From: Verrucomicrobiota bacterium
GTDB taxonomy: Bacteria > Verrucomicrobiota > Verrucomicrobiia > Opitutales > Seribacteraceae
Direction of reading: 5' to 3'
Assembly (NCBI GenBank): GCA_027622665.1
Contig: JAQBYT010000004.1
Coordinates: 64,001 to 128,000, forward strand
DNA length: 64,000 nucleotides
Shown: one piece after another, positions 30,935 to 42,555 of the stretch
How the letters are laid out: the number at the start of each line of letters is the position of its first letter
Numbering within the stretch: position 1 is the first letter of the stretch
Translations under genes and position numbers: made by a program
The notes under the pieces: model-generated
Told to the model about the DNA's origin: nothing
Database searches by the model: none
What the model saw: only the letters and a program-made list of their open reading frames with translations

Positions 30935-33900
30935 TCAGCGAATGGAGATGAAGTCGTTGTGGTTCAGTAGCGCGTGTACCAACCGAGCGTGGATTCTTGT
31001 AGCCGATGGTGCTCCCTTTCCCTTGGAAAGCAACTGGGATATTTCCTCAATAAACATTGTGCATGCCTTTCTTTCCAGTTCGTCAGGATCGCGGCCAAGC
31101 AAGGTTTGAAAGGCTTTTTCGACAAAGGCATCTTGGTCGTTTTTAGGACTTGCTTGGGATAACTGCGCAGCAATTGCAGAGGCTATCTCAATGGCCAGTT
31201 TGCTGTTGGACATGGCTAGCGCCTGTTGAGGCACTACACTCTCGCTTCGACGATAGCACTGCAGGTGATCGGCATCGTTGAACATCTTGAGAAACTTGTC
31301 CTGTTGGTCTCGCGAATGTTGGAAGTAGAGGCTCCGGCGGTTGCCGGAACCCGGGGGGATGGAGGGGCCTCCCATTGCGGTGTCGAGCTTTCCTGCTAGT
31401 TGGAGCAAGCTGTCTCGCACGAGCTGTGCCTCCATCCGTCGCGTGTTCATTCGCCAGTAGAAATTGTTCGAGAGATCTTTGGCGAGGGTAGCGGGAGGAG
31501 TTCCCTTGGTTGATGTGTCGAGACGATAAGCCTTTGAGCTGACCATAAGCCGGTGCAGGTGTCGAAAGCTCCAGTTCGCGTCCATGAATTCAGCCGCAAG
31601 GTGATCAAGCAGAACCGCCTGCAGTGGTTTCTTTGCCCGCAAGCCGAAATCAAAGACGGATTCAACTAAAGGTTGACCGAAATGTCTCATCCATACCTGA
31701 TTTACTGCAACCCGTGCGGTGAGAGGGTTCTCGCGAGAAGTTATCCACTTGGCCAACGCGAGTCTACGACCGGTGCTGGTTTTTGGGTAGACCACTGGGT
31801 AATCAGCTTCCTTGTGGGCGGGAGATTCCAGTGCCTTTTTCGAGGATCGGGTGGAGGAGTACTGCGCCTTACCCTCTTGGGCAGCCTTGATTTTTTCCTC
31901 AGCAGCCTTCATCTTTTTCTTGGCGGCGTTCACTTTTCCCTCATCTCCCGGAGTGGCGAGAAGGTCATGATTGGCCTTGGCAATTGCAAGTTCGGCTTCT
32001 TTTCGTGCCGCATTGTTGATCAGTACCTGCAAGGACTGGTCTTTTGATGTCCCGCGAAACTTGGCGCAGTCTGCCTTGAAAGTGGCTTCGATGGATTCTA
32101 TTTCCGTCTGTACGATCAGGAGTTTCGCCTCGGATAGTTCCACGGAATGCTTTGGCTTCTGGTCAGTTTTTGGACTGTCTTTGGGCGAGATCAGTTTTAG
32201 TTCGTCGGATAGTGAACGGATGGTGATTGAGTCAAAGGTCACCGTGGCGTCGAATCCTGAGAGACTGATGCTCCCGTTCGGTCGCCGGTCGGGTAGTTTG
32301 TAAGCGACGACGAACTCGTCGTCCAACCACACGTTGATCAAGCGGTGGCGAACTGCAAATCGCAGTTGGTATGTTCCGCCGATCTTAATCGGTTGCGATA
32401 CCTTTCCTGCGGGTGGATAGGTTTGTTGTCCGTTTCGGGTGTAGGCTACATGCAACTTCGGGCCGGGCGCATGAGCGCTGGTGTAGACGAAGTTCTCGTA
32501 TTTCCCGTCCTCCGATTGATCGAAACGGAAAGTGACCGACTTGTAGGTTGTTCCGCCCGTATGAGTGTATCTACAAGTCAGTTCAAAGTTCTCCGGATGC
32601 GGTTTTATAAGCCGGAGCATGGCGGCGTCACGGGTCGGTTTGGTTAGGTGAAGAGCACCGTCCTTGTATTCCCAATCTTTCCCGATAAGTTCCCAGACCT
32701 TTGGATTCGGTTTATCAAAGTCGTCCTTCACCTCGAATGACGGAGGTTTGTCGGTCTTCAGGAGATCATCCTCGATTGGTTTAGGTTCCGCCGGGGTTTT
32801 CACTTTTTGTTTGGCTTTCTCTCCGGCCCTCTTTCTAGCCTCGTCCAAAGTGAGTTTGGCGGAGTCCAACTTTTCCCGGGCAATGCTTATCCTGTTTTTG
32901 TGTACGTAGTCTCGCGTTGAGGGTGCAAAGGCGAAAGCCGAAAGTTTCACAGGTCGAATACCAGGTGCGAAGGATGCAAGAATCGCGGGGACGCCGGGCT
33001 CGATAGTTGTATTCTTGTCGGGGTTCTTAGGGTCTCCTCGAATGTCGAGAAAGGTCTTTATCTCCAGATGATCATCGAAGACGCGCGGGAGACCGTCCTT
33101 CTCGAAATCGGTTTCCCCTGGCACGGGATCCAGTCGGACCTGATGTGGTTCGAAGATAGCTCGGAATGCGTAGTAATCGACCTGCGTGACCGGATCGTAT
33201 TTATGGTCATGACATTTGGCGCAGTTCAAGGTGAGACCAAGAAATGCTTTCCCTGTGTGTTCGATGGTGGCATCAAGCCAAGTGGTCCGGTTGAAAAGGT
33301 AATAATTACGGGCCAGAAATCCTGTGGCTCGCAAGACTTTTGGGTCTTCCGGGAAAAGTTCGTCGGCGGCGAGCATCTCCTCGATCATTCGATCGTAACC
33401 CTTGTCTTCGTTGAGCGACTCGATGATCCAGTCGCGCCAATGCCAAATGTGCTTCTGGCTATTGCGTAGCTGGGCTCCAAGCCCATACCAGTCGGAGTAG
33501 CGCCACACGTCCATCCAATGGCGAGCCCATCGTTCTCCGTGGCGGGGGCTTTCCAGTAACTCGTTCACGATCTCTTCCCACGGTCTCTTGTCGCTCAATT
33601 GTTGTAGCGATGGAGGTAGACCGATTAGGTCTAGGTACAACCTGCGTAGCAAGATTGAGCGTGGGGCTTCGCGTTGTGTTTTGAGGGAAAGACGATCGCG
33701 TTGTTGTTGAAGCAGAAAGTCGATGGGATTACCGGCATTTGGAGAAATCACCGATTTCTTCGGAATCTGGAACGCCCAGTGTTCCTCTGGTGCGAGAGGG
33801 ATGACTTCCTTTGGCGACTTAGCTCCTTGATCAATCCATTGCCGCAACAAGGTGATTTCATCAGCTTTCAATGCAGCGCCCTCCTTCATGGGCGGCATAC

Positions 33901-34174
33901 GGTCATCACCCTCATCCAGAATCCTCTCGATCAGCAAACTTTCGGCCGCCTTACCGGGAACGATTACTTTTCCCTTGAGCATCAAGGCCCGAGTCTCGAG
34001 CCTAAGCTTTGCCTTCTGTTTGAGCACTCCATGGCAAGCATAGCACTTGGTCGACAAGATCGGCTTGATCTGGGTCAGGTAGTCAACTTCCTCAACTGGC
34101 TGGCGAGCTTCAACCACTCCCGCAGTGATGCCCAATATGAGGCCAATTCTAATCCAACTGGCAAAAAGGCTCAT
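30935..34174 (-). CDS. Planctomycete cytochrome c + DUF1549 + DUF1553 (PSD1) protein with a lectin/LamG-like insert
   Basis: [56 protein letters not shown]. Confidence 0.92.
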   Translation of the reverse strand: MSLFASWIRIGLILGITAGVVEARQPVEEVDYLTQIKPILSTKCYACHGVLKQKAKLRLETRALMLKGKVIVPGKAAESLLIERILDEGDDRMPPMKEGAALKADEITLLRQWIDQGAKSPKEVIPLAPEEHWAFQIPKKSVISPNAGNPIDFLLQQQRDRLSLKTQREAPRSILLRRLYLDLIGLPPSLQQLSDKRPWEEIVNELLESPRHGERWARHWMDVWRYSDWYGLGAQLRNSQKHIWHWRDWIIESLNEDKGYDRMIEEMLAADELFPEDPKVLRATGFLARNYYLFNRTTWLDATIEHTGKAFLGLTLNCAKCHDHKYDPVTQVDYYAFRAIFEPHQVRLDPVPGETDFEKDGLPRVFDDHLEIKTFLDIRGDPKNPDKNTTIEPGVPAILASFAPGIRPVKLSAFAFAPSTRDYVHKNRISIAREKLDSAKLTLDEARKRAGEKAKQKVKTPAEPKPIEDDLLKTDKPPSFEVKDDFDKPNPKVWELIGKDWEYKDGALHLTKPTRDAAMLRLIKPHPENFELTCRYTHTGGTTYKSVTFRFDQSEDGKYENFVYTSAHAPGPKLHVAYTRNGQQTYPPAGKVSQPIKIGGTYQLRFAVRHRLINVWLDDEFVVAYKLPDRRPNGSISLSGFDATVTFDSITIRSLSDELKLISPKDSPKTDQKPKHSVELSEAKLLIVQTEIESIEATFKADCAKFRGTSKDQSLQVLINNAARKEAELAIAKANHDLLATPGDEGKVNAAKKKMKAAEEKIKAAQEGKAQYSSTRSSKKALESPAHKEADYPVVYPKTSTGRRLALAKWITSRENPLTARVAVNQVWMRHFGQPLVESVFDFGLRAKKPLQAVLLDHLAAEFMDANWSFRHLHRLMVSSKAYRLDTSTKGTPPATLAKDLSNNFYWRMNTRRMEAQLVRDSLLQLAGKLDTAMGGPSIPPGSGNRRSLYFQHSRDQQDKFLKMFNDADHLQCYRRSESVVPQQALAMSNSKLAIEIASAIAAQLSQASPKNDQDAFVEKAFQTLLGRDPDELERKACTMFIEEISQLLSKGKGAPSATRIHARLVHALLNHNDFISIR

Positions 34175-34428
34175 CTTTTGGCATGCCTCCGGTCAGACAG
34201 AACCCCAAATTGATTCACCTGAAACTCCTTGCCTAAGCGGTAAAGAGCATCGCCATGTTCATTAATCCGAACCAAGGGGAATTGCCTAAATCTGTTCACT
34301 GGGATTAAATAGTTTTGCATCAACGTGTCTTCAGTAAATTTCATGCTCTTAGGAAACTACGGCATCGACAATCCATTAGAGTGTTCCATCATTAAATTCT
34401 TTTTTCATATCAACCTAACGAAATCTCA

Positions 34429-35460
34429 ATGAAACCGATCCTATATCTTCTAATTGCCAGCTTCTCCTTAAGTGGCTTCTCTTTTCAATTGATGTCCCAA
34501 TCTCTCACTTACGAAGGAAGCTCCGGTGTCGGCAAAGGCAAGCATATCGTTTTCATTGCCAGTGATCACGAATATCGCGGGGAAGAGACCTGTCCCGCCA
34601 TCGCTCGTATTCTTGCCAAGCGTCACGGGTTCAAGTGCACCGTGCTTTTTGGATTGGACAATGATGGATACATCAAGCCGGGCTCCTCGAGCATTCCCGG
34701 AATGGAAGCTCTCGGCAAGGCGGACATGATGTTCCTATTCCTGCGTTTTCTTGCTCCCGATGATGCCACGATGAAACATTTTACCGATTACCTGGACCGT
34801 GGTGGACCAGTCCTCGGGTTGCGGACTACCACCCACGGTTTCAACGGCCTCAAGGGCAAGAACAGCAAGTACAACTACAATTCCCGTGACAAAAGTTACG
34901 ACTGGGGCTTTGGCCGCCAAGTGATCGGTGAAACTTGGCGACCGAGGGAAGGGGCCGGCCATTATGGCAGCAACCACAAGTTCAGTACCCGTATGTTCGT
35001 CGTGCCGGAGCAAAAGGATCATCCTGTCGTGCTCGGGGTGACAGATATGCACGCCATGGCCGGGGCATACAGCGCCGTGCCCATCGAGGGATCCGTTATC
35101 CTCGGTAAAAATCAAGTACTCGATTCCATGAAACCCGATGGCAAACCTTTGGCTAACAAGCCGCCCAGTCCTTGCATCTGGGTGCGCGAATACGAATCAA
35201 AGTCTGGTAAAAAGGGGCGTGTCTTCGCCTCCACTCAAGGTGCCTCCGAGGACATTGTCAGCGAAGGCGTCCGACGATGCATCATCAACGGTGTCTTTTG
35301 GTGCATGGGCCTGGAGAAAAACATCAAGGCGGACATGAACGTGGATTTCGTGGGTCCTTACAAACCCACGACCTTTAGTTTTGGCGGAGGTCGCAAGAAA
35401 GTTAAACCGTCCGATCTCGCCGGTTTCGAAAGCCAACTCCTGCCCGAGACCAAGCGCTAA
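34429..35460 (+). CDS. Exported ThuA-like (class I GATase fold) protein
   Basis: HIVFIASDHEYR.EE, LGLRTTTH.F, GRVFAST.G. Confidence 0.8.
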   Translation: MKPILYLLIASFSLSGFSFQLMSQSLTYEGSSGVGKGKHIVFIASDHEYRGEETCPAIARILAKRHGFKCTVLFGLDNDGYIKPGSSSIPGMEALGKADMMFLFLRFLAPDDATMKHFTDYLDRGGPVLGLRTTTHGFNGLKGKNSKYNYNSRDKSYDWGFGRQVIGETWRPREGAGHYGSNHKFSTRMFVVPEQKDHPVVLGVTDMHAMAGAYSAVPIEGSVILGKNQVLDSMKPDGKPLANKPPSPCIWVREYESKSGKKGRVFASTQGASEDIVSEGVRRCIINGVFWCMGLEKNIKADMNVDFVGPYKPTTFSFGGGRKKVKPSDLAGFESQLLPETKR

Positions 35461-35489
35461 GCTGCCATTTCAGGATCGATCTTTCCCGC

Positions 35490-38075
35490 TTACTTGCCAA
35501 GGGAACGAGCAAAAAGAATGATCGAGGCAATTTGCTCTTCATTGAGGACGCCGTCGTAGATCGGCATGCCGGCTTCCCCGTTGACTGCCCCTTCGGCAAC
35601 CTTGGCCGTAGGGTTCAGGATGGATTCGCGCAAATAGACTTCGTCGGCGATTATTATTTGGCCGGTCGTCAGCTTACGTTTGGATCCAAATAGCCCAAGC
35701 CAACTGGGTCCTGTTTTACCTTCCCTGGAGCCATCAATGGAATGGCAGGCCACGCAACCGAGTTGAGCGTAAAGAGCCTTGCCTTTTTCTAGGCTTGGCT
35801 TGGCGGGACGTTTCGCGACGGGAGCCAAGCCATCGACTTGAAGGTTTACCTTGTCATCGACAAAACCTCGCTCATTCAAGACCATTTTGCGGAGGAGATG
35901 GGCGGTGAGAAAGGTCTTGTTTTGGATTTGGGCACCGCCCATGGCGGACATCTTGTATCCGACCTCGATTTGCATGACCTCTCGCATATCGGGGATACCT
36001 AGGAACACGGCTTGTTTGTTTGCGGATAGTTTCACCGAGGCCACGACCAACGTCTCGGTGCCTTTCGTCTCGTCCAACTTGTAGTGGGGTGAACCGTAAT
36101 TGGGCGTACGCTTGTAGTTCCATCGCCGCACCTCGTAGGATGCCGGTTTGGATGCGCTTTTAAGGTCAAGCGGGGCAGCGAAACGCAGGAGAATCCCTCG
36201 TTTTGCGACTTGGGCATGTGTCGGGACGGTCCAAGTGCGTTTCGGGTTGGGACGGACGCGACCGAGAAAGGTCTTACCCTTGGCTTTGGTTCCCCAGATA
36301 TTGAATCCGGTTAGGTAAAGCAAACCGTCCGCAGGATTGATTGCCGCTTTGAGCAATGGTTCGTCCAAGGGTATCGGCAAGGGGGTGACTCCGCCTTGGG
36401 CGACGAACTCGTTGACCTCGGCATGGATTTGAAAGAGGCGCGGCGGGTTGAACGAAAGGAGGACCGGTTGGTCTGCAAGCGGTCCCATCTTGCTCTTGCG
36501 CATCCAGATGATGGCTGCAGCGGAACCGCATTCCTGATGCGGAATCCAAGTGAGGGGCGGCGTAATGAGCTTGTCCTTGTCAGCGGGTTCGTTCGGATGA
36601 CCGTAAAACGCACCTTTTTTCACGAAGTCCACCGGGGTCGAAGGTACGTAATGACCCTGTTGGTCGCTGGCGGCGATTTGTCCCGTCACCGGGTCATAAC
36701 CCAAGTAGGGCTGGCGAAAGCCATGGGCCAAACGGGTGACATTGTTGCCGTCGGGGGATATGCGGAGGATGGTGCTGGAGGACCGCCCGATTGTGCTGCC
36801 CGTCTGGCCGGGTTTGCAGACGAGGAAACTGCCGTCCTTTTCCACTTCCAGTGCCGAGGCGAATTCTCGGGTCTCGGCAGTCTGGTCGATTTGAGAACAA
36901 AACAGTTCATGATAGTCTGCTTCGCCATTGCCGTCGCGGTCATGGAGACGCCAGAGTCCATTGCGATCGAATACGAAGATGTCCTCTTTTCGCAGACGAA
37001 GCCCCAGAGGTTCGTGCAAGCCCGATGCGAACCGTGACCAATGCACCTCTTTGGATCCGGGGCGCAGGCCCTCGCCGATCCAGACGTCGCCATCGAAGGT
37101 GACCAAGGCGATGCGTCCGTCCTTGAAGAAGTCTATTCCCGCGGCTCGCACGGCACGCTGATAAGGATTTACAAGGGGTAGGGGAATGGGTTCGAAATTG
37201 AGTGCGTCGTTTTTCTTTGTCTCGTTAAGGGATAGGCTCACTTTTTTTTCCCAGCGTTTACCCGCGGGTTGGTCTGGTCTCGGTGAATTTACGTCGAGGG
37301 GGAAAACAATGGATATTTTCTCCTTCTTGCGGGAGGTGGGAATCCTGCAGACGACATGTCCCTTCATGTTCTCGATACTTCCTTTTCCTCTAATGGTAAA
37401 CTTCGAGCCAGTGGCACCCTCCGTTGCTAAGATTAGGTAGAGAGGCTTCTTGTGAGCGTCCACTTGCAACTCTCGGGTCAAGCCGGCTTTGTTCAAGCGG
37501 AAGCTTTCGCTCACCTTGGTGGTTTCCACTTCATATTCGATCTCGATTTCGGATTGCAGATTGATGCCTCGAAAGCGTGCTAACTTCGGATCAATCCCGC
37601 CTCGTCCGACTTCCGTTTCGGTGGGTGGGACAGGTCGCGGATCCTTGAAGTCGGGCAAACCAACACCCACTCCCGGATAGATGCCGTTTTGGAACAATAT
37701 GTCGCCATGCGGCTTCGGAAGCGCTCCTTGACCGCCTCCCACTTTCTTGAGTTGGTAGGGGTAGCTGTTGACGGACATGCTCGCGTTTATGAAAGGCGCT
37801 TCCCGGGCCTTCCACATAACGGCGACCCGTAGCAAGTCGATGTCATAGGCAAGGAAATGATCCTCTCCCAAGGGAAATACCAAGGCGCGCGGAGTGAGGT
37901 TGTTCTCGCTCGCTTTTGTCCGTCCGTCCACCGTAGCCGAGAAAAAAGGAAAGTCTTTTTCAATCCATTGGTTCCACGGGGCATCGGATTTTGCCTTTTG
38001 GGCATTTGCCGCATGAGAAGAGGATGCGGAGGCCATCGCCGCCAAAATCAACAAATGTCTAAAGGGAGGAGTCAT
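35490..38075 (-). CDS. Exported DUF6797-like + beta-propeller + C-terminal cytochrome c protein
   Basis: FASGLHEPLGL and DQQG..VP propeller motifs; GCVACHSIDG..GPSW..YLRESIL.P; start at 38075 (ATG) or 38093. Confidence 0.78.
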   Translation of the reverse strand: MTPPFRHLLILAAMASASSSHAANAQKAKSDAPWNQWIEKDFPFFSATVDGRTKASENNLTPRALVFPLGEDHFLAYDIDLLRVAVMWKAREAPFINASMSVNSYPYQLKKVGGGQGALPKPHGDILFQNGIYPGVGVGLPDFKDPRPVPPTETEVGRGGIDPKLARFRGINLQSEIEIEYEVETTKVSESFRLNKAGLTRELQVDAHKKPLYLILATEGATGSKFTIRGKGSIENMKGHVVCRIPTSRKKEKISIVFPLDVNSPRPDQPAGKRWEKKVSLSLNETKKNDALNFEPIPLPLVNPYQRAVRAAGIDFFKDGRIALVTFDGDVWIGEGLRPGSKEVHWSRFASGLHEPLGLRLRKEDIFVFDRNGLWRLHDRDGNGEADYHELFCSQIDQTAETREFASALEVEKDGSFLVCKPGQTGSTIGRSSSTILRISPDGNNVTRLAHGFRQPYLGYDPVTGQIAASDQQGHYVPSTPVDFVKKGAFYGHPNEPADKDKLITPPLTWIPHQECGSAAAIIWMRKSKMGPLADQPVLLSFNPPRLFQIHAEVNEFVAQGGVTPLPIPLDEPLLKAAINPADGLLYLTGFNIWGTKAKGKTFLGRVRPNPKRTWTVPTHAQVAKRGILLRFAAPLDLKSASKPASYEVRRWNYKRTPNYGSPHYKLDETKGTETLVVASVKLSANKQAVFLGIPDMREVMQIEVGYKMSAMGGAQIQNKTFLTAHLLRKMVLNERGFVDDKVNLQVDGLAPVAKRPAKPSLEKGKALYAQLGCVACHSIDGSREGKTGPSWLGLFGSKRKLTTGQIIIADEVYLRESILNPTAKVAEGAVNGEAGMPIYDGVLNEEQIASIILFARSLGK

Positions 38076-38127
38076 AGGGATGGCTTTTAGCAAGAATGAG
38101 GCCTTACGTCGAAATTGTTTATGTGCT

Positions 38128-38286
38128 TCAGGAGTCCCTTTCCTTATCCCGCTTTTTCTTATCCATGGAGCGAAACAGTTTCCGAATGTCCTTGGCGCCT
38201 CCGATGGCTACGAAGATGGCCATCACGGCGTATATTCCGATACCTCCTACCAGCAGTATCGACCAGATTGTTATCCAGTCACTCAT
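38128..38286 (-). CDS. 52-aa single-TM small protein, probable symporter accessory protein (absent from the ORF track)
   Basis: Hand translation MSDWITIWSILLVGGIGIYAVMAIFVAIGGAKDIRKLFRSMDKKKRDKERDS*; overlaps the symporter's 3' end by 8 nt. Confidence 0.75.
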   Translation of the reverse strand: MSDWITIWSILLVGGIGIYAVMAIFVAIGGAKDIRKLFRSMDKKKRDKERDS

Positions 38287-39817
38287 CAGTTTCTCCTTGA
38301 TTAGTTGTTTCCTTGTCAGGGAAAAGAAGTGACCCGAGAACCATCAGCGCGAGGGCTGCGCCCGTTGTGCAAAGCCCTACGTGGGCAGCCTCTATTTTCT
38401 CGAGTCCGACCGCTTTCTGTACCGGGGTCAGCCCGAACACCGCCAATCCACCGGCGGTTAGCGCGAGATAGGCGCCTACCCGACTGGCGCGTTTCCAGTA
38501 GATGCCCAAGACCAATAGGGCGAGAGCACCGGTGAAATATATGGCGCCGGAAATCATCATGTAGTCCAACAGGTCTTGGCCGAGCGGGTACCATAGGCTC
38601 CAGATCAGTAGGAATACACCGATCAAGACAATCAGTAAACGAGCCAACAAAAGGCGGGATCGGGTGGACATGTCGCCCCCCCGTAATGGGACCACCACGT
38701 CCTCCACGATGACCGAGGCCCAGCAGAGTAGATAGCTGTCATGAGTTGACATAAAGGCGGCCAGCATGCCGGCCCCGACGATTCCGATGATTCCCGCGGG
38801 CAGGATTTGTCCAAGGAAGTGAGGGAAGGCAGACATGGTGAGCTCCGAGTTTTTGATAATGGAGCCATCGGGTGTGAGCAACTCGGATCGTGCTTCGGGT
38901 ATGCCCATAAAATAGGCCAAGGCGCAGATGCCTAGGAATTGCGGCAAGAGGAAGCGTATGAGGAACCCCACGGAGGACCATTTGTAGAGGCTTTTGACAA
39001 CCTCCTCGTTCTCCGCCGAACTGGCTCGCATCACAGCGGTCTGCCAAATGGTCGAACTCACTAACCCGGCGGTAAGAAGCATCCACGCCATATATGAAAT
39101 GCCGAACCCATCTTCGTGAGCCGGATTGAAGCCGGATTCCCCATGGATTTCCTCGACTACTCCAACTAGGTTGTCCCAACCCAACTCACTTACAGCTAGG
39201 CCGCAGGCCAGCAGCAACCCGAAGGAAAGAACGACGAACTGGATGTAGTCGGTGATGATCACGCTCACCATGCCTCCCATGGTCGTGTAGATCAGCACCA
39301 AGATGATCAGCGTCGTCATCACGAGGTTGACCTGCATGGGATCGTTGAGCCCGGTGAGGGCAGTCACGAAAATGGCGCCCGCCTTTAGGAACATCCCCAT
39401 GTTGAGTATTCCCGCCACGGCCAGCAGGATGCCACCGTAGACCCTCACCCCTTGGCCGAAACGTAGGCCGTAGTATTGCGGAATCGTCATCACTCCCAAT
39501 CGTCGAAGTGGCACCACGATGAACCCGGTGAACCCGACCAGCAATGGTACTACCCCGGCGACCACCGCGATATGAAAAGCGGAAAAACCACCCGTAAAAC
39601 CCTTTTGGGCGGCGAACATGACCGTGACCAGTCCCAGTTCAGAGCCCGTCATGGAGGCCACCGCCAGCCAGGTGCGCACCGCCCGCCCGGCTACCACGTA
39701 GTCCGCCATGTCGGAGATGAATCGGTTGACGTAGAGTCCTACTGCCACCGTGCCGAGCAGGTAGCATCCTACGATGACCCAGTCCACACCGCTGAAGTTG
39801 GTTTCCAGGCCCGTCAT
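38279..39817 (-). CDS. Sodium:solute symporter (SSS) family transporter
   Basis: About 13 TM helices; DYVVAGR, YTTMGGMVSVIITD, AAFMST.DS. Confidence 0.92.
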   Translation of the reverse strand: MTGLETNFSGVDWVIVGCYLLGTVAVGLYVNRFISDMADYVVAGRAVRTWLAVASMTGSELGLVTVMFAAQKGFTGGFSAFHIAVVAGVVPLLVGFTGFIVVPLRRLGVMTIPQYYGLRFGQGVRVYGGILLAVAGILNMGMFLKAGAIFVTALTGLNDPMQVNLVMTTLIILVLIYTTMGGMVSVIITDYIQFVVLSFGLLLACGLAVSELGWDNLVGVVEEIHGESGFNPAHEDGFGISYMAWMLLTAGLVSSTIWQTAVMRASSAENEEVVKSLYKWSSVGFLIRFLLPQFLGICALAYFMGIPEARSELLTPDGSIIKNSELTMSAFPHFLGQILPAGIIGIVGAGMLAAFMSTHDSYLLCWASVIVEDVVVPLRGGDMSTRSRLLLARLLIVLIGVFLLIWSLWYPLGQDLLDYMMISGAIYFTGALALLVLGIYWKRASRVGAYLALTAGGLAVFGLTPVQKAVGLEKIEAAHVGLCTTGAALALMVLGSLLFPDKETTNQGETDE

Positions 39818-39863
39818 GATCGAAGAGTAAGTGTTCGCGAACTACCTGTTTGGATTTCCGTCC

Positions 39864-42455
39864 TCAAGGCTTCTTCTTCGTCACCCAGACAGGGGAGGAC
39901 CACGCCATGTTGCCGTCCTTTTGGACAACTCTCACATAATAGCGGTTCTCTCCTTCCAACATGTCCTCGTCCGTCAGGGATTGTTCGAAAGTCGAACCTT
40001 TGAAGGAACGAAACTCCTTCCAGTCCTTTTCATTCCGCACTATTGTGATCCGCTTGAAGATGGCCGTTCCGTCCACCTTGAACCATAACTTGGCGTTCTC
40101 CTTGGTTTCAAAAATCGAGCCGAGCGGTTTTCCGTTGCAGGTGAAATTGAGGTATATCTTGTCGGTCGCGGCAATGGTCCGGCGGTTGTCGAAGGCTTCT
40201 ATGATGCCTTCGCGAGTGAAATCCTTGCAATAGACACCTCCGTAACTGGCATGCTGTGAGATATGGTCGGAACTGGCGAACACACCGAGGTTATGCCCAT
40301 GTTTCAGCGCATTTTGATAGGTTCCCGCCTTATATTTCCCGAAATTCGTGATGGGCCCCGGTGGAGTAGCCTTGGCATCCCCGTTAATGGTGTATGCTTC
40401 GCCGGGTCGTAGTCCGACGGTGGGTTGAGGAGCGCCTTCGCCCTCATAGGACACGCGAGCTCCTTGGTAGATTTCCACGACGTTTTCGTGCTCATGGTCG
40501 ATATGCTCGTATTTTCCCCAGTCCGTACCCATGCCGGTTGCCCCGGTGTGGCTGATCACTGCAACTGGTTTGCCGTAACTCTTGAGGATGTCCCACAGTT
40601 CGTAGGGAAGAATTTCCCCAGTCTTCCCACTAACTGGAAAGACCTTGCTCCAAGTCGATTTCAAGTAGGTTGGTCGCTGGATGTAGACGATCGGTCCGCC
40701 ACGCTGGGCAAAAACGACGTTCCGGTGTCCCCAAGGCCAACGTTGCTCACGCTCGTAGACATAGAGCGTATTGAAGCGTTCCGGGCTGTGGAGGGCGTCA
40801 TGCATGCGTTGGTTGTGCCACCATTCGTAGGAATGATACATTTTGCCGGCGTCGGTGTGGTCTGAGGTGCCGAGGAAGTCGAGCTTGGCCAAGTCGTAGG
40901 CGTAGCGGAAATGGTCTAGGATGCATCCGTCAAATCCAGTCCTGCAATTCGAAACGTCGGTGTGGCGATGCACGTCTCCCCAGAACAGCCCATAGGTTTG
41001 CCCATCCACTTTCCATTGGTGGCGATCGAAGGCCGGACGTTCGGGGGTTTTGTGGGAGTGCGGGTCTTCCGGTTTCTGCTCCACCTTGGCAACGGGGGGG
41101 GAGGCCTCGGGAAGTTGGGAAGGAGAGGGAAGGGCGGCCAGCATGATCTTGGCCGTCTGGTGAGCCTTGTGCTTTCTCTCGTCGGATGGCCAGCACACCC
41201 GAAGATCACCCTTGGCTCCTTTGGCAGACGGAAGGAAGACCAGTTTCCGGTCTTGTCCATAGCTGCTTGATGGAATTCTACGGCGAGAACTCCAGGTGCC
41301 CGACTTGACCCGATAGGAGGTTGCCGCAATCCGCCAAAGGGCCGCGTTGAAATAACGGTAGGCGACCCATGGGTTGCCTTCCCTGCCGACTCCCACCACG
41401 GGTACGTTCACGGGATTGCCTGCTGTACCTGCAGGTCCGAGCGGAATTTCTTCAAACTTCGAGGAAGCAATGTCGAACCTGCCGAAGAGAACCGACTTCT
41501 CGGCATTGATTCCCGTCTTGTTTCCGTGACCGCGGTAATCGAGGCCGTGCTTGACCTTTCCCCGCTCGGCCGAGATCCAAAAGCCCTTGCCATCGGCCGT
41601 TGCTGCAATGGATGTCCGGGCCTCGTACTTCTTGCTGTGTCCGATCGGGAACTCCTTTACGTTCCCCTGTGCATCGACCTTTGCGAGGTAGAGGTTGAAT
41701 TCGTTTCCTCTTGAACTGTCGTAGGCTATCCAAGCGTTTCCATCCCGGTCAAAAGCAATGCTGGGGGACCAATCCCCTCCGACTAGGTCGGTTACGACGA
41801 ATTCCTTCGACCATTGACCGGTTGAGGGGTCGTGGTATCGTGCAAAAACATCGCCCTCGCCCGCCCGAAAGGATTGCCAACTGACCCAGACTCTTCCCTT
41901 GGCATCGGTTCCCGCCACCACGAATGCCTCGGCTGCGTCCGAGTCCGCCAAGGTGACGGGTTTGCCCAATCCGTGCTTCTCGTTCCAGGAACAAGCCTTC
42001 AAATTCACAGTTTGGTCATCCGACGTCTCGCTCCACACAACCCAGGTCGTCCCTTTGCCGTCCACCGCAATGGCGGGGGCATGCAGGACGGCCGACGCGA
42101 CCACCGTGGCCAAGGTCTCGAATCCATCGTTCTTCGTCCGGGCGAGCCGCAGGGCGTCGCTTTTGCCATTCCACTCCAGGTAGGCAACGAGGGCGCGGCC
42201 TTGTTTGTCGATCGCGGCTGCCGGCAGGTCGACTTGAATGCCTTCCTTGGCGATCTTTCGCAATTCGCCCGCTAGTTCGATGGCAGGTTGACGGAATGGC
42301 ACCGTCTTCTTCCTGAAATCCCTGACCTTTGGCTTCGGTTTGTTTGGCTGTTTTGGCTTCTGGACAGAGGGTTTGTCGCTTGCCTGAGCGTTTAGTGGAT
42401 CAGCAGATCCACAGAGAAGAGATATGGTCAAGCAGGTGAGGGTAACTATTTTCAT
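39864..42455 (-). CDS. Exported beta-propeller + PHP-like (DUF3604/CehA-McbA-like) metallohydrolase
   Basis: WGDVHRHT, SDH, GHRN, ISH, SSDH and YYVRVVQ.DG.MAWSSPVW. Confidence 0.8.
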   Translation of the reverse strand: MKIVTLTCLTISLLCGSADPLNAQASDKPSVQKPKQPNKPKPKVRDFRKKTVPFRQPAIELAGELRKIAKEGIQVDLPAAAIDKQGRALVAYLEWNGKSDALRLARTKNDGFETLATVVASAVLHAPAIAVDGKGTTWVVWSETSDDQTVNLKACSWNEKHGLGKPVTLADSDAAEAFVVAGTDAKGRVWVSWQSFRAGEGDVFARYHDPSTGQWSKEFVVTDLVGGDWSPSIAFDRDGNAWIAYDSSRGNEFNLYLAKVDAQGNVKEFPIGHSKKYEARTSIAATADGKGFWISAERGKVKHGLDYRGHGNKTGINAEKSVLFGRFDIASSKFEEIPLGPAGTAGNPVNVPVVGVGREGNPWVAYRYFNAALWRIAATSYRVKSGTWSSRRRIPSSSYGQDRKLVFLPSAKGAKGDLRVCWPSDERKHKAHQTAKIMLAALPSPSQLPEASPPVAKVEQKPEDPHSHKTPERPAFDRHQWKVDGQTYGLFWGDVHRHTDVSNCRTGFDGCILDHFRYAYDLAKLDFLGTSDHTDAGKMYHSYEWWHNQRMHDALHSPERFNTLYVYEREQRWPWGHRNVVFAQRGGPIVYIQRPTYLKSTWSKVFPVSGKTGEILPYELWDILKSYGKPVAVISHTGATGMGTDWGKYEHIDHEHENVVEIYQGARVSYEGEGAPQPTVGLRPGEAYTINGDAKATPPGPITNFGKYKAGTYQNALKHGHNLGVFASSDHISQHASYGGVYCKDFTREGIIEAFDNRRTIAATDKIYLNFTCNGKPLGSIFETKENAKLWFKVDGTAIFKRITIVRNEKDWKEFRSFKGSTFEQSLTDEDMLEGENRYYVRVVQKDGNMAWSSPVWVTKKKP

Positions 42456-42555
42456 GGGTGGATCCGATCGGTTAGGGTAATCTGGTTGGAATGTTTGCTT
42501 GCCTAAACAGTACGATCAAGCCTTGTAGCCTGGTTGGTGTTCAATTTGCGAGTAT

